NCBI GenBank assembly: GCA_024704765.1
Contig: JAKMXF010000055.1
Span: forward strand, 256,353-320,352
Direction of reading: 5' to 3'
From: Oopsacas minuta
Taxonomy: Eukaryota > Animalia > Porifera
Length of the DNA: 64,000 nt
Shown: positions 11,205-23,894 of the stretch, one piece after another
Numbering within the stretch: the stretch's first letter is position 1
How the letters are laid out: each line of letters starts with the position of its first letter
Program-made: the position numbers and the translations under genes
The notes under the pieces: generated by a model
The model's input: only the letters and a program-made list of their open reading frames with translations
Told to the model about the DNA's origin: nothing
Database searches by the model: none

Positions 11205-12734
11205 TTCAAGATTCTATTTCTTCTATGTTATTTCATAATCAATACAATGATGTGATATAATGACAATAGGGTTTCTAATTACGCAATGCGACACTAACCA
11301 CAAATTAATAGTAATAGAATCACTGAAATTCAGTAAAAATTCCCACTTTCCACGACCCACTGAAAAAGCTCTCGCGACCCACTGGTTGAAAACCCCTGCT
11401 CTAAAACAACTTCACAACTTCTTGTCTACCAGCGTCGTTCATTCCCGTTATGTTGCAATTCAAAATGAACTTCACCCCGACATCAGACGCGTGAGATTCC
11501 CAGTATCTCTGAGACTAGGTGGGTCTGTCAGCACAGAGCCTTGTTTACGCTGTCTATAACACTGGACGCTGTGAGTGACGTCATCGACGAGTTTGCGGAA
11601 GAGAGTGGGGACCGTGGGACTACCGCCCGCAACCTACAACAAAAGCTCACTTCATGTTTCGTAGTCCACTTATTGACAATGCGTTGGTTGCTGCACATGT
11701 GTGCGGTGGCTACGGAGAAGCTTCAGGGCAAGACAGAGACAATGGTGGATGCCCTGGAAACTGTGAAGACTCTGAGCGGCATCGTCTCAAACCGCCCCGA
11801 ACATCCTTACCCTGATGAGATATGGGACTGCATCTGGAGCGAGGCTGTGGAGTTGACCACCCTGTGTGAGTTTCCTATTCTTCCAGCTCATCGTATACGC
11901 AGCGTCCGTAGAGGCAAAGGTGAGCGTGGTGGTAACTTCGAGGGCCCTGATGACTATAGACGTCGATTGTTCCTGCCACTGTGTAACGCACTCGCGAAGG
12001 AGCTCGATCGACGCTTCATGAAAAATGAGAACTGCGTCGTGTACAACGGAACTGTAGCACTCTCTCCCTGAAACAGTACTTTCTTGGATGTCGCCGACAT
12101 CAAGGCGTTCTGTCGACACTATAGTATATTTTGTGGAGATACACTGGCAGCGATAGAATCTGAGATTGCTTTGTTGAAGGATATGTTCACGAGAGAAGAA
12201 GAACTTCCGAAGACTTTGCTGGAATTCTACGTGTTCATGTCTCCACACAAGATTCTTTTTCCACGTATCTTCACAGCTATTCAAGTAGCTGCGACAGTTC
12301 CAGTTTCGAGCTCCTCGGCAGAAAGGTCATTCAGTGCACTGAATCGAATTAAATCATACCTTCGTTCGACAATGTCAGAAGAGCGGGGATGCGACTTGGG
12401 GTACTGCACGTGAATCGTAACATACTTTCCCTCATCGACGAAGAAGACATTCTGAATCGGTTCGCAGAGAAGAACCGCCGGATCCGCTTAGTTTAACTGT
12501 TTATTTAGTATATGTGACTTTAGTATTATATTGTTCCTGATTCTTTGACAGAATTTCACTTAATCTCATATAACAGAAAACTAAAATCACAAATTTCGTA
12601 AATATGGACCTATAAATCCTGCGCCCCCTCTAACGCCGCCACTGCTGAATTGATTAATTAAGGATTCTATAGTTGTGTTATTTCGTAATTGCTCGATAAA
12701 GAATCTAAAGTTGTGGTATTTCATAATTGCTCAA

Positions 12735-13380
12735 TTAAGTAGCTTCTTGGTTTTGCTTAGGCCCTAAGCAAAAGCAAGAATCTGTCCTAAGTGCCATCAA
12801 ACGCTTCAAGATTTGTCCTCTGGAAAGCCAGCGAACTTCTGTGTGATAGAGAAGGACTTCATATTCTGATCCCATTTCTTGACAAAGCTTCTTGAAAATA
12901 CGATGATTTAGGGCCCAGCCTCTGATGAAGTTGATGACTTTCACCACGGTAGACAAAACCTCTGAGAAATATTGGAAGAGTTTTCGATGCCAGTGCATGT
13001 CGATGTAAGAAACATTGAGTCACAGTTACATTAGGAGCTTCTTTCTTCACCAAAGCAGCAAAACCAGATCTATTGCCAAGCATCGTAGGTGCTCCATCTG
13101 TACACAGACTACCCAAATTTTTCTTCCAATCAAAGTTTCGCATAGCAAAGAAGCTTTTGACGTTTTCAAAAATATCGGTGGCCTTTGTAGTTTGCATAAG
13201 TGGTTCACAAAATAGAAACTCTTCTTTGATGCTTCGGCTTGCGCATAGCGGACGAAAACAAGTAGCTGGCTATACTGAGTGATGTCTGTAGTTTCATCAA
13301 GTTGCATACTGAAAGGGAATGGTGTGTCTGCTAGTTCCTTAATGATTTGTTTCAAAATATCAAAAGAAATATCAAATATT
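12735..13380 (-). pseudogene. Second Buster/Charlie-like transposase fragment, decayed
   Basis: QLDETTD, CTDGAPTM, LHRHALA and YHTEVRWLSRG are spread over three frames. Confidence 0.85.
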
Positions 13381-13401
13381 CGGGAATGTATTAGTATATA
13401 A

Positions 13402-13720
13402 CTAGCGCGCTCCTCTTGCTCTCGCTACGCTGGTTGCGAACACTTCGTGTCCGCAATCATACCTTCGGCTCTCAAGTAAGGGAAACTTATCTAGGATTTT
13501 TGAAGTTTGAGATTTGTTTCCCTTCACACACAAACAGAGTCGGCGTACACGTTTACGTTGAAACCACGTTCCTAAGATATTCCTGAAATTGATTTACTTA
13601 TTAGTCACCAACGCCAAGAAATATTCAAAATATGTTATTGACATTATCATCTTTGGATTCAGTGTACCCGATTACCCTAGGATAACCGTTGAAACCACGT
13701 TTCTAGAATAATATATAAAT
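13402..13720 (-). mobile_element. Non-autonomous Helitron-like element
   Basis: The minus strand ends in a GC-rich hairpin-like tract followed by CTAG|T; the 3' end resembles 63024..63060. The 5' end is approximate. Confidence 0.5.
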
Positions 13721-14058
13721 GTTTGAGTCATGGATGCACGTCCCTCTAAGTTCAAACTTTCTTGAATTTCTTAACTCCACAGAGGCACCAGGCTAACCGA
13801 TTAATTGCTACTATTGCTTTACAGCCATATTATCGCAAATTTCAGAAAGACTGAAATAGCCCTCTAGTTGATTTATGCTGGCTCCATCTTTTAATCATTT
13901 CGTATGTTCCCACTAAAAACCCTGATAGTTCGATGTGTCCCAATTGAAAAAACCCTGAGTTCCACAATGCGTATTCGTGAATGATAATGAAAGTAAGACA
14001 CAATACAAGTACAGATTGATCGATCTAATTGTATTTTATCTGAAATAATATATAATTA

Positions 14059-14151
14059 CCCCCTGTGTCTCCGTCAATGTCATTCTAGGCATATTGATCC
14101 CTAATAACAGAACTGGTAGTGCCTCCGATGCATTGACGGAGGCACAGGGGG
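14059..14151. mobile_element. 93-bp MITE with TA target duplication
   Basis: TIRs CCCCCTGTG(T/C)CTCCGTCAATG, flanked by TA on both sides. Confidence 0.8.
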
Positions 14152-14659
14152 TAATTTTATTCATTTTTGAGTATTTTAAATTAAAAATCTATCAAACATT
14201 TTCACACCTACATTGAAAATTCAACTCTCTAGTTATTAAAGTTTTAGCAGGACACATCAGAAGAAGGAATATAAACAAAAATAACGGCAACCATTTCAGA
14301 GCTGATCTACTATCTAATTGCCGGCGCAGTAAATATGTTGGTCCTGAATGAGTACTGGGTTTGCCTCGTACACCAGACTATTAATTTACGTCGCTTGTGC
14401 CACTGGTTTTGCCATGAATCGACTTATTCCTGTACACCAGTGTGATTGATAAGCCTTATACGCAAATGTGATGTACGCAAATGAAATTTATTCAAGTGTT
14501 CTAGACCTTGATTTTATTACTGATTTTCCTCAAATGAAAATTATATAAAGGAGTTGACTAATACATACGTCTCTGAATGTAAAAGGTACATTCTAGTCCT
14601 GAAAATTTCATTTATTATAATTTTACACCCAGAAGTGTCCAGGACTCAGAATTGTAATT

Positions 14660-16160
14660 CCTTAAGTGTATAAGACTTTTTGGAGATTTTTGTGTCCAAA
14701 GAGGGCCGGAATTTGGCAATTTTAGAGCGAATTTGGTTGAATTTGGTATTCAAAAAGCTCATCTACTGGTTAGGACACAGTGTTCCAATTATGTCGTCTA
14801 CAGTTATGTAAGGCATTGTCTACAAAAATAGTGGTAGCGTCCTGCCTCTAGGCCCCATTTTGTTGAGATGAGAGAGGCTACTCTTCAGCGTAGCATTTTT
14901 TAAATTGAGAGGGCGAAGCCCTCTCAATTTATTAGAAATTCCTTCCCATATATTTGAGACAATTCATTTGTATTTGATTTAATACCAGATACCATAGTTC
15001 ATTAAATAAATCCAGAAATTACAAATGCAATCAAACCTTTGCTTAAAATACCAAATAAAAACTCGTTAATTTGGCATTTTTTAATTGTTTTTATCTAAAA
15101 AGGTTGACTAGCTGTCATATTACACGATGCGTAAACGCTCTACCAAAATTGAAGTGTTTTAAATAAAAATATTTTCTAAATACCCTTCGTTTCGCCGGTT
15201 ATTTATAAATATTTTCCTTTTGAGATCATCTGGTTTGACACTTTTGACCTTTCAAAATGTGTCACCTTCTGACATTTTTACCTTCACAAGGAAAAGATCA
15301 TTTTGTGAATTTTTGATGAACATTCGTGGGCTTTGACGAAAATATACCATAAACCCTACTAAATTCCGAAAACCCCTATTTCCTGTCCAATTAAGCACTA
15401 TGGTAAAGCAAAAGTTTGCCTTGCTTTGCTTTTGACTTTATACGGCCTGAGACTTTTTGAGATTTTGTGTCCGAAAAATGGCTGGAATTTGGCAATTTTA
15501 TGGGAAATTTTCTTTTAATCTTGGGTTCAAAAAGGTCATTTATTGGTCATGAACAGTTTCCCAATTATGTCCTCTACAGTTGAGTTTGCCGGGTCTCAGA
15601 ATTTTTATATTCTGAAATTTCTCAGGTTTTAGAATAGTAAAGATTTTCCTGACCATTGTAATAACATTTAATTCTAGGAATTACAGCAATATGTGCATTA
15701 TGTAAAATTCATGCCGTGAATAGTCTATAGTTTCGTAGTCTGTGGTATACTTGTGTTCACATGCTTTGGAGGAAATGTGCGATTTTGTTCGTAAATCATC
15801 CACATTTCTCACACTTCTCACACTTTTGTTCCTATTTCCTTCAAATTCTCTCAAAATGACCTTTTCCACTTGTTAAAATCTAGTTACTCCTAAAAATTTA
15901 AATTTGCATTCAGTAGTCACCTTTTTATAGATGTAATGTGACCTTTTTAACAAAAGGTCAGTTTTTTCATTACCAACCTGGCGTACCACCGGGTTTTTAC
16001 TTTCCCAAAATGTGTCGATGAGTCTTTTACTTACAAAACCTGCATAATTTTTCTTTGGATAGGTTTTATATTTATATAGTTGTCAAAGTTTTATTATTTA
16101 GAGGGGAGAAATTCTCCTTTCTATTGAGAGTGCAATGCTATCTCAAATTCAATAATGTAC
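14660..16160 (+). repeat. Two diverged direct repeat units, each followed by a hairpin (possible Helentron-like non-autonomous elements)
   Basis: 14660..14805 resembles 15440..15590. Hairpin TTGAGAGGGCGAAGCCCTCTCAA near 14905-14928 and a related TTGAGAGTGCAATGCTATCTCAA near 16124-16146. Confidence 0.45.
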
Positions 16161-16984
16161 CTCTAGGGTTTAGCTTATCCTTTATGGAAATATAACCTGG
16201 GACCTATTTACACATCCACTAGTGTGTGTCTTTTATGCAACCGAACACTGTCGAAGAGTTACGATTGTAACAAACATCCATAACGACCTTTATCACCTGG
16301 AAAAACACGATTTTCAAATGAAAATTGTCCAAATTTGGCACTTTCTTTGAACTTATATATATCCTAAATTTCCCTAACTCTTCTCGGCATTAATCGTTTA
16401 TGTGTTTGTGCTGTATATATCTACATTATTAATACACAAGTAATCATTGCTTTGCTTTCGGGAGGGGAGGGGGAAAAAATATCCGAGCCTGCGCCCAAAG
16501 GGCCCCCGAAAATTTGATATTCCAGGGAATACTTTGGGGGATTTTATGGCTGTGTTAAGTAGGCAAGGTGAAAGTACATTCTTCCGCTGAGCCGAGTAAT
16601 ATCTTGGTTATTTATCATTTGATGCTACTAAATTTATTTCATCAAGGTTAGTCCAAATAGATTCAGAAGTTTCCAAAAGTTTATTGGCAACACGTTGTGC
16701 AATTTGCTATAGGTGCCATGGTTACACTAAATATTTCCTAACACTTCGAGTTGTGTTAGGGTTCGCGCATTTTAACTCAAGATTTGTATGGGTATATGTT
16801 GTGAAATGCGCAATTGCCATTTGGGCTACTAAATGGTTAAATATCCGATTTTGAGCTTTAGATTTAGGTAGTTTGAGCATGGTTTCTAAGTCAAAATAAT
16901 ACATTTTGAATAGTCTAGATCCATTGTTTTTGAGATATGATTGAGGTAAGTTGTGCAAGGACTGTATGGAGGGAGGAGTTGCAG

Positions 16985-17150
16985 AAGTCAGAATTTTCCT
17001 AGTTGTCAAGAGTCAGAATTGTTTTTTCGACTGTTGTCACTAGTCAGAATTGTTTTTTGGTCTGTTGTCAAAGTCAGAATAGTTTTTTGGACTGTTCTCA
17101 CAACTCAGAATAGCTTTTGGACTGTTGTCACAAGTCAGAATAGTTTTTCT
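16985..17150. repeat. About 31-bp tandem subterminal repeats of the adjacent MULE
   Basis: Units like AGTCAGAATTGTTTTTTGGACTGTTGTCACA, 5-6 copies; related units occur in the inverted arms at 45290..45830. Confidence 0.75.
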
Positions 17151-17304
17151 GAAATTTTGTTTACGCTTTGTTATTCTATAAATAATTACTGTTTAATGAA
17201 AATATTAGTAAAAGTAAAATATAACACAAAAAGAAATGAGAGCTTGTAAGATGGATGAGGAAGATGAAAGAAAGTGAATTGATTACCATTTATGAAATAA
17301 ATAT

Positions 17305-18690
17305 TTAGAATCGAATTTCGATATTTGATCGACAGATTGGACAAGGTTGTCCCAACTCTATGATTTGTTGGCTACAACTTGAACAACAGCTTGCATGGTG
17401 ACATGGCATAGAAATCCAAGGTGTTGCTCGTAGAGACAGACAAACGACACAACTATTTGCTTGATTAAGAACTTGATTAGGACTTTTATCATCAGACATT
17501 GCTGAATTGCTTGAATGGTAATTGTCCTCTAGATATGTTGCCAATTGTATGACTGATCGCCTGAACATATTTCATTGGAGTGAGGTCCCCTTCTCTTAAC
17601 TTTTGTTTATGCGTTCTCCTACAATAATCGTTATTAATTACTTTCCTTTTTCCTTTGTCTAATAATTTCTTTTCCAAGACCTATGCGACCTATTTCATTG
17701 TCTGTATCTTGAATAATCTCGTTTAGTGTATCCAGAAACGTCCATATTCTTGGATGAGCAGTTTTTATCATTATTTTCAGTTTGGAATGATAATTTTCGG
17801 CAGCATTATTTGTTGCAATATCTAGTTCAAAATCTAAAGTTCTTCTTAGGAAATTTGGTTGAGCCAACGCCTTTTAAAATATTTGGCTAGTTTGTCAAGT
17901 TTAATCATTATAATATTATCCAATGTAGGCAGCTCGAGGGAGGTAAAAGAGGGATTAATGAGAGCAGCAGGCAGAAAAGGTAAGGCCATTAGATTTCTGA
18001 TTAATTTTTTGACTTGTAGTTTGTCCTAAACTCTTGAATAAGCCTTAGCTTTTGTGTTTTGCCCCAATTCGCTGGGTATAATGGAACCAACAGCCAAAAA
18101 TCCTAATATGCTGATAAATTTGTCTAAACGCATTCCTTGCTGCAGGTTCCCAATCGGACAAGGATGCGTTGGATCTAAATAAAGGGATATTTACTTTTGA
18201 GACTCTCTAAAAAAGCTTGATATAATTCTTGCTTCTTTGAAGTCAACAGGCAATGAATAGCTAGTAAAGTGTTTCTTCCCACAGACACTAATATTGTCCA
18301 AAGTTGGTAGAATTGATTAGGGACTGTTTGGAAAGTCCCATCAAACTGTATGTTGATAACTTCAGCCATGAAAGTTTTCATCTTGGTCGGAAAAGAAAAC
18401 TACTCCTGTATGGCCATCACATGTGTCATTGAATTTGTTATTGATACCCAAATGAGTTGATAATAACATCTCGGAGAATTCAGAAGCCGATTGAGGTATT
18501 TTTGGTTGTAAAGTCCTCTTTGCACGATACATTGCAGCTTCACATTCTGCAAAAGAAATATCATCAGCAGATGGATCTGTTCTAGTTGCATAGTCGAATA
18601 CTTTCCTCAGATTCGTTTGAGTATGTTTGGCAAGGGTTTTACATTTTGTCTTGAAATCAAATTCTCATAAAAATTTGAGCTTAGCACAAC
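17305..18690 (-). pseudogene. MULE transposase with C-terminal RING finger, decayed
   Basis: FDGTFQTVPNQFYQL and ATNNAAENYHSKL..HPRIWTFL (MULE core), followed by CVVC..MPCHHASCCSSCS..CPICR (C3HC4/IAP-type RING). Several frameshifts. Confidence 0.85.
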
Positions 18691-19499
18691 TCCAATTGTT
18701 ACGAAATTTGTAGCGTAACCATATGTCACCTAAAGGAAACTTATAACGTGTTGCCAATATACTTTTCAAATTTTATTATTTTTTGGACCACCATATCAGA
18801 CTCCAAGGGACTAATTATAAGTATATAAACACTATCAGGGTTCCATACAAGGGGTTGGAAGCACTGGAATCTCCCCCTTCCAGAAAAAACATCTTATATG
18901 AAACATTGATTATAAATTCACCTGAATTGAACTGACCGCAACTGGGTGAAGGCTTCTTCTATAATTCTACTATTTGGAGTATTCATTGGCTCTAGGTTTT
19001 AATATAGACTACAGTCAACGAACTCGTATATATATATACATTCTTGCGATGTACGGAATGGAAGGTCCTAGTTCGCCTATTCCCATTTTGCCTACTAATC
19101 GGAAATCAATGCCATTTACTCAATCAAATAACACGTTTTTTAATATTTTCAGCTAGTCGTATGGTTTGCTAATCAATGAAATGCATTAATTTCTAGAAAG
19201 TACTAGATAACTGGGGTGTGCTGGGTCATACTCTCCTGGGCGCTTCGGTGCTCCACACGACATAAGACCAATCAGTTTGTTGGATTTCTAGAAAGAAGGA
19301 TGCAACTGGAGTGTGTTGATACAAATCTATGAAGAATAATTATGTTTACAATGAATTCTAGTATTTCGATAAAATTTCCAGCGATAAATTGTCCTGCGAC
19401 GAATTTTCTGCTATTCGTTATTTTTATTGAATACCCTGAAAACTATCCACTTCCTGAGAATATTTATTGAGAAACCTTAAACACTTGCTAATAACTAAT

Positions 19500-20204
19500 A
19501 ATTATTAACTGATGAACGTGTAGGCGAACTGGGTACAAAGCGTACAGAACATTGCTGAATTTTGGCATTTGTGGCTAAAATGAACACCGACCTATAACGG
19601 AATTATGACGTATTTGTTACCTTATTGGAAATCCGAAAAATAACTCATTTTGCCTCTGCTCAGCCAAAATACATGATGGAGGGCTGAAAATTTTTAGGGA
19701 ATATGTCGAACACTGATTCTTAACAGATGACCGTGTTTTCCACAAAAGTGCATGCTCATGGTGTGAATGTTACATCATCTTACTTATTAAATACTGATCA
19801 AATTGTATACTTTCTTATATATAAGGATACTATAAGCTTTATGGTGCTAAATGATTCAAGAATACATAGGGATATTAGGACCAAATGTAAGTTGTACCAC
19901 CGATTGCAATTTATATAATTTTCAATTAGTAATTTAGAGCAAAAAGTGCCGAGATTTGGAGAATCAATTGATTTGTTGCCTTGAAGCTGCCATGCTTGGG
20001 CTACAAAGTACCAAAAGCATTCGAACAACATCAGCTGAACGTTTGTTTGCCAGTAATTGTAATAAACACAGGCTTTGAAATATATAATAATTTTAGTATA
20101 GATGTATTCGATTTACTTGACAAGTGTCTAGGTATTAAGTTTAGTCACTGCGGAACGGTAATTCTGTAAAGTCGTGAAGAGACAAAGCAAGCGAAGCGCT
20201 CTAG
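19500..20204 (+). mobile_element. Possible non-autonomous Helitron-like element
   Basis: 3' end AGCGAAGCGCT hairpin followed by CTAG|T at 20204; 5' boundary uncertain. Confidence 0.4.
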
Positions 20205-20249
20205 TATGCAGTAGATATTGCATATAGTGATATATTGGATATAGTGAGG

Positions 20250-21800
20250 CGTGACCTACGTTATATAAGGCCTATTCACCAACTAAATTTTTCTGGACCA
20301 TGGATAATGGGAAGTCCATTGTTTAAATTAATGTATATGTACATAGATAGAAAGATATATTGATAATTGTATATTTTCATATCTTATTCAAGTTAGAAGT
20401 ACGTACAGTTGTAATAGGAATACAATCAACACTAGGTCAAATTACACATGAATCAGAATGACATGAAACTAGTAATAGCAATTAGAAAAGAACATGGAAT
20501 TCTATCAAGTGCTTTTAATCTTCTTCAATTTTCGAGTATTCTCAACCTCAAGTTTATGTAAAGCATTCAAGTTCTTGACTTTGTTTGAGAGAAAACAATT
20601 GGCGCCAGTAGTGAGTAACTTATTTAATATATCCCAACCAATCGTATTACAATTGGGGCACATATTCCGCCAGTATTCACCTTCTTCATTTTCAAGTACT
20701 CTTAATGTTAGGTTAACTATAATTTGTCTAGATGGTCCTTCAATAAGTTCTTGAAAAAGTTGAGGTTGTTGTTCGATCGAGGTGAAAATTTTCCACAAAC
20801 AAACTAGGACGTTGATTACAATACCTGATGGCCATTTCAATGCACCACGATCCATAACTTGTAACAGCTTGTAGATTGATTCTGGTGATGCTTCTATTTC
20901 CATCTCTTTGTTTTCTGTAAGGAAAGATAAGCAATTTTGACAAAGGAAAGAATTCTTGAGGTAACTATAAACTGCATATCCAGCAATAAACACAAGTGCC
21001 TGTTGAGTTGAAGTCGGAACTTTAATTACCGAATATTCTTGTACAGATGACAGAAAATGTTCCGTGTCAAGAGAATTAGCAGGTTCTGTTGAAGTTGAAA
21101 AGGAATCAATAAATTCTTTAAGAGATAAATCATGCACTGCACCTTGACTTGAAAAAACTTTTAGGGTACTAGATAACTTTAAGCGTCACTCGCTTTCGAG
21201 GATCTGACAGAAGGTAATATGATATTGAGCACCAGCCATCATTCTGTAAATTCCAAAATGATGCTCCAGAGGGTCATTTTGCAAAAAAGAAATGAGTAAA
21301 TATGAAAAGTTACAGTTCTGTGTAAGATGGTTTACTATTGAAGTTAACGCTAAACAAGAGTGGCGAATGTGTTGAAAGTCTGAGTAGTAAGTTTCCCAGT
21401 CTTGCGAGGTAACTCTTGCCATTTTTCAAGCCAATCAACAACTCATGATAGATAACTGAATCTGGAATCGTTTTGGACAAATGGGCGATACAGTTCATCA
21501 TTTACTCGAATCGCTTTGGATGGAGTATTAACGTTAAACATCTTCCAGATGTCACAAATCACACGAATGAATTCGCCTATGTAATGATAAGAATGGTGGC
21601 CAGGAGATGTAAGATACTGAACCTTGAGTGCAGAATGTGTAGAATCATCAAAAACTTTCTGTGCCAAATTTACATTCTGACGTTCCAAGTTGGAAGGCCA
21701 GCATGCTTTGGCTGTTAACCGAGGAGCCAACTTAGCTATTGAGTGTTGATCAGCTTTATATAAAGTTCGGATGTCTTCAAATGAAATGACTGTGAAGTTA
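20250..21800 (-). pseudogene. P-element (THAP9-like) transposase, central and C-terminal remnant with one terminus
   Basis: LAPRLTAKACWPSNLERQNV, QNDPLEHHFGIYR, FIAGYAVYSY..MDRGALKWPS. Terminus-like CGTGACCTACGTTATATAAGGCC at 20250 resembles CATGGCCTAC termini at 33543 and 42812. Confidence 0.85.
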
Positions 21801-22239
21801 GCTTAGTATTCGACTAGGGTCATTTCAATTCAATATTTAACCCACTTCCAGTTATCAGATTTAAATAAATTTAGTATATTTCGATAGAGGAGATTCAGAG
21901 GTTTTATGCTATATAATTTATTTTCCAAAATAATTATTTTTTAATCTGTTTTTTTGTCAAAGAAAGCAGGGTTGATAATCCCTCAAAAATCACTATCTAA
22001 ATTTCGAATTACAAATCTAAAATTTTGTCAACATACTGTCGAGACATGGAGGTTTATGCCATATAAATTTATTTTTACAATTCGCTAGATTTTTGGAGTT
22101 ACAACCATTCAAACTTGAAGTTGGTAAATCGAATTCTAATATAGATTGGATATTGTTATTTGTGTAAGCCTACTATAGTGATTGCGTACATACCTGTAGT
22201 ACATTCCTTGATTAATGACATCAAACCTTCGCTACTTTA

Positions 22240-22391
22240 CAGGGCGTAGATAAAGTTACAGAACTGGGGGGGGGACTTGGATAAGGTTATTATTACATGT
22301 GGTCGTAGGCTGGAGTGTCTAAATAATACTCTTGGCTGAGATCTGGGGGGGGCTGAAGCCCCCCAGCCTCCCCCCAGTGTCTACGCCCTTG
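22240..22391. mobile_element. hAT-like MITE
   Basis: Termini CAGGGCGTAGA ... TCTACGCCCTTG; no clean TSD. Confidence 0.55.
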
Positions 22392-22780
22392 CTTTAGCAT
22401 TAATTCGAAGATATTTAGTTTCAATTTGATCGATTTTCTTACATTACACACAGTAGACTCTCTAATGCGAACGTCTCAGTCTAAAATTTCATAAAAGCGT
22501 AGCTTTGAAAATTTATTGATGATCCCTCGAATCACAGAGGTTAGTGTTTGTATCATTCTATATACAGTATTGTAATTACCTTCCCGCCCAGATATCTAGC
22601 AGCGATATAAGGTCAACACATGATTATTTATTAATTTGAAGTAATACATTATAACAATGGTGAACAAAACATGAACATTTGCAAAAATTGAAGCAAAATG
22701 ATTGATAATTATATAATAAATCTAACAATTAAACAGTGAGAGGAAACACAAAAACATACTACATAAATACACAGTGAAAA

Positions 22781-23894
22781 TTAATTGATAAATATTTGCC
22801 TTGGGGAATCCTTTAAATCCACCTGCAGGACAGGTTCATAATGCTGTCCATTATGGTTTAAGTATATAGAGCCTGTATCATTGGCAGGGGGAAGTTCCAA
22901 GGTATCAATTAATTTAGAGCCTCTACCTGAGAATACCATCCATTTGTTACCCATATCAGAACTATATATCCAAATATCTGTCCGCATCAATAAAGCTGCA
23001 GCAAACATCTCCACATCACCTCCCCACGTATAATTTCTCTTCATGTTAGATTTCACCACATAATCAGCAACATTACGGTAATTACTTGCACATTTAGGAA
23101 ATTTATTCATAATAAACTTATTGCATACTTCTTTGAGTTTCCCTAACATATTTTCTACCACCTTAAATCGTACTAAACTAACAGATTCAATACTTCCTGT
23201 CATCCAATAAGAGAAAGAGGCGAATAAACAGTTTCCATCTCCAGGGATTTCAAACAATTTGGAAGGAACATGTTCTTTTAAATTTGAATTAACTGATATG
23301 GTACCTTTAACGTAATTTGGACAATCTACAAGATGTAATTGTAAATCCTCACATATTCCATTCTGTCCTTGATATGAAAGTGGTTGGAATGCTGGTAAAG
23401 TATAATCTAAGGAAGCCATTTCTATTATATCTAAATCACTTATTATTTCAATCTCATTAACATGCAGAGTTTTGCCATCAACTTTAACATTTCCTGAATT
23501 GTCCACAGGTAAAGTAGCTACTTTTCTGTTGGTTGCACATTTTCTTGAATTATCTACTTCAAAACCGTAAGAAGAATTGAAATCATTGAATGTTTTGTTT
23601 ACTTTATCAACAGTAGGTTTAGTATAACTAAATTTGCTTTTCTTACTTCTCGACCATTCCTCTTGACATTCCTCCTCGTTTTCAACACGTAACCTCTTCT
23701 TATGTTTAAATACTTTAGATGCCAGCGGTGTAAAAGCGAATGTAAATGCAGCAATCCTATCATCAATATTAGTATACATTGTTATGATGAAATTTGCAGC
23801 CCGTATCCCGGTTTCTGAATTAAATATGCTATGCTTAACAATCTTGAACCAATTCTCAACATATGCGTTACTATCCATTGGACTCCCTGACGAA
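22781..23894 (-). pseudogene. 3' part of a NOF-FB-like MULE transposase with C-terminal OTU-like cysteine protease domain; 5' cut by a hAT terminus
   Basis: N.YVENWFKIVK resembles the MULE C-terminal catalytic Glu motif. OTU motifs GDGNCLF, WGGDVE and NHNGQHYEP. The frame is open for 365 aa. Confidence 0.7.

Larger units (their letters stand above)
8981..11398 (-). mobile_element. hAT Buster/Charlie-type transposon, full length
   Basis: TIRs CAGGGGTTTTCAACC at both ends; perfect 8-bp TSD CTCTAAAA with the central TA typical of Buster; the host hAT reading frame resumes on the other side. Confidence 0.95.
8051..12644 (+). mobile_element. hAT transposon (ZMYM1/DUF4371-like transposase), 5'-truncated, frameshifted, interrupted by a Buster element
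   Basis: AVFCYACRH, LRGHRE, NRGNF, ADETRD..K.EQ, QCYDGAAVMSG, YVHCYAHRFN, hATC motif VSSSSAERSFSALNRIKSYLRSTM; stop at 12494-12496; 3' TIR (reverse complement CAGTGGCGGCGTTAG) ends at 12644. Confidence 0.9.

Noticed and set aside
19505-19540. CTGATGA hammerhead-like core
   Set aside because: No stem II or GAAA partner could be formed.
23887-23894. Shared TSD for the hAT ends at 23895 and 12644
   Set aside because: Only 4 of 8 bases match (CTGACGAA versus CTGAATTG), so it is not accepted as a TSD.
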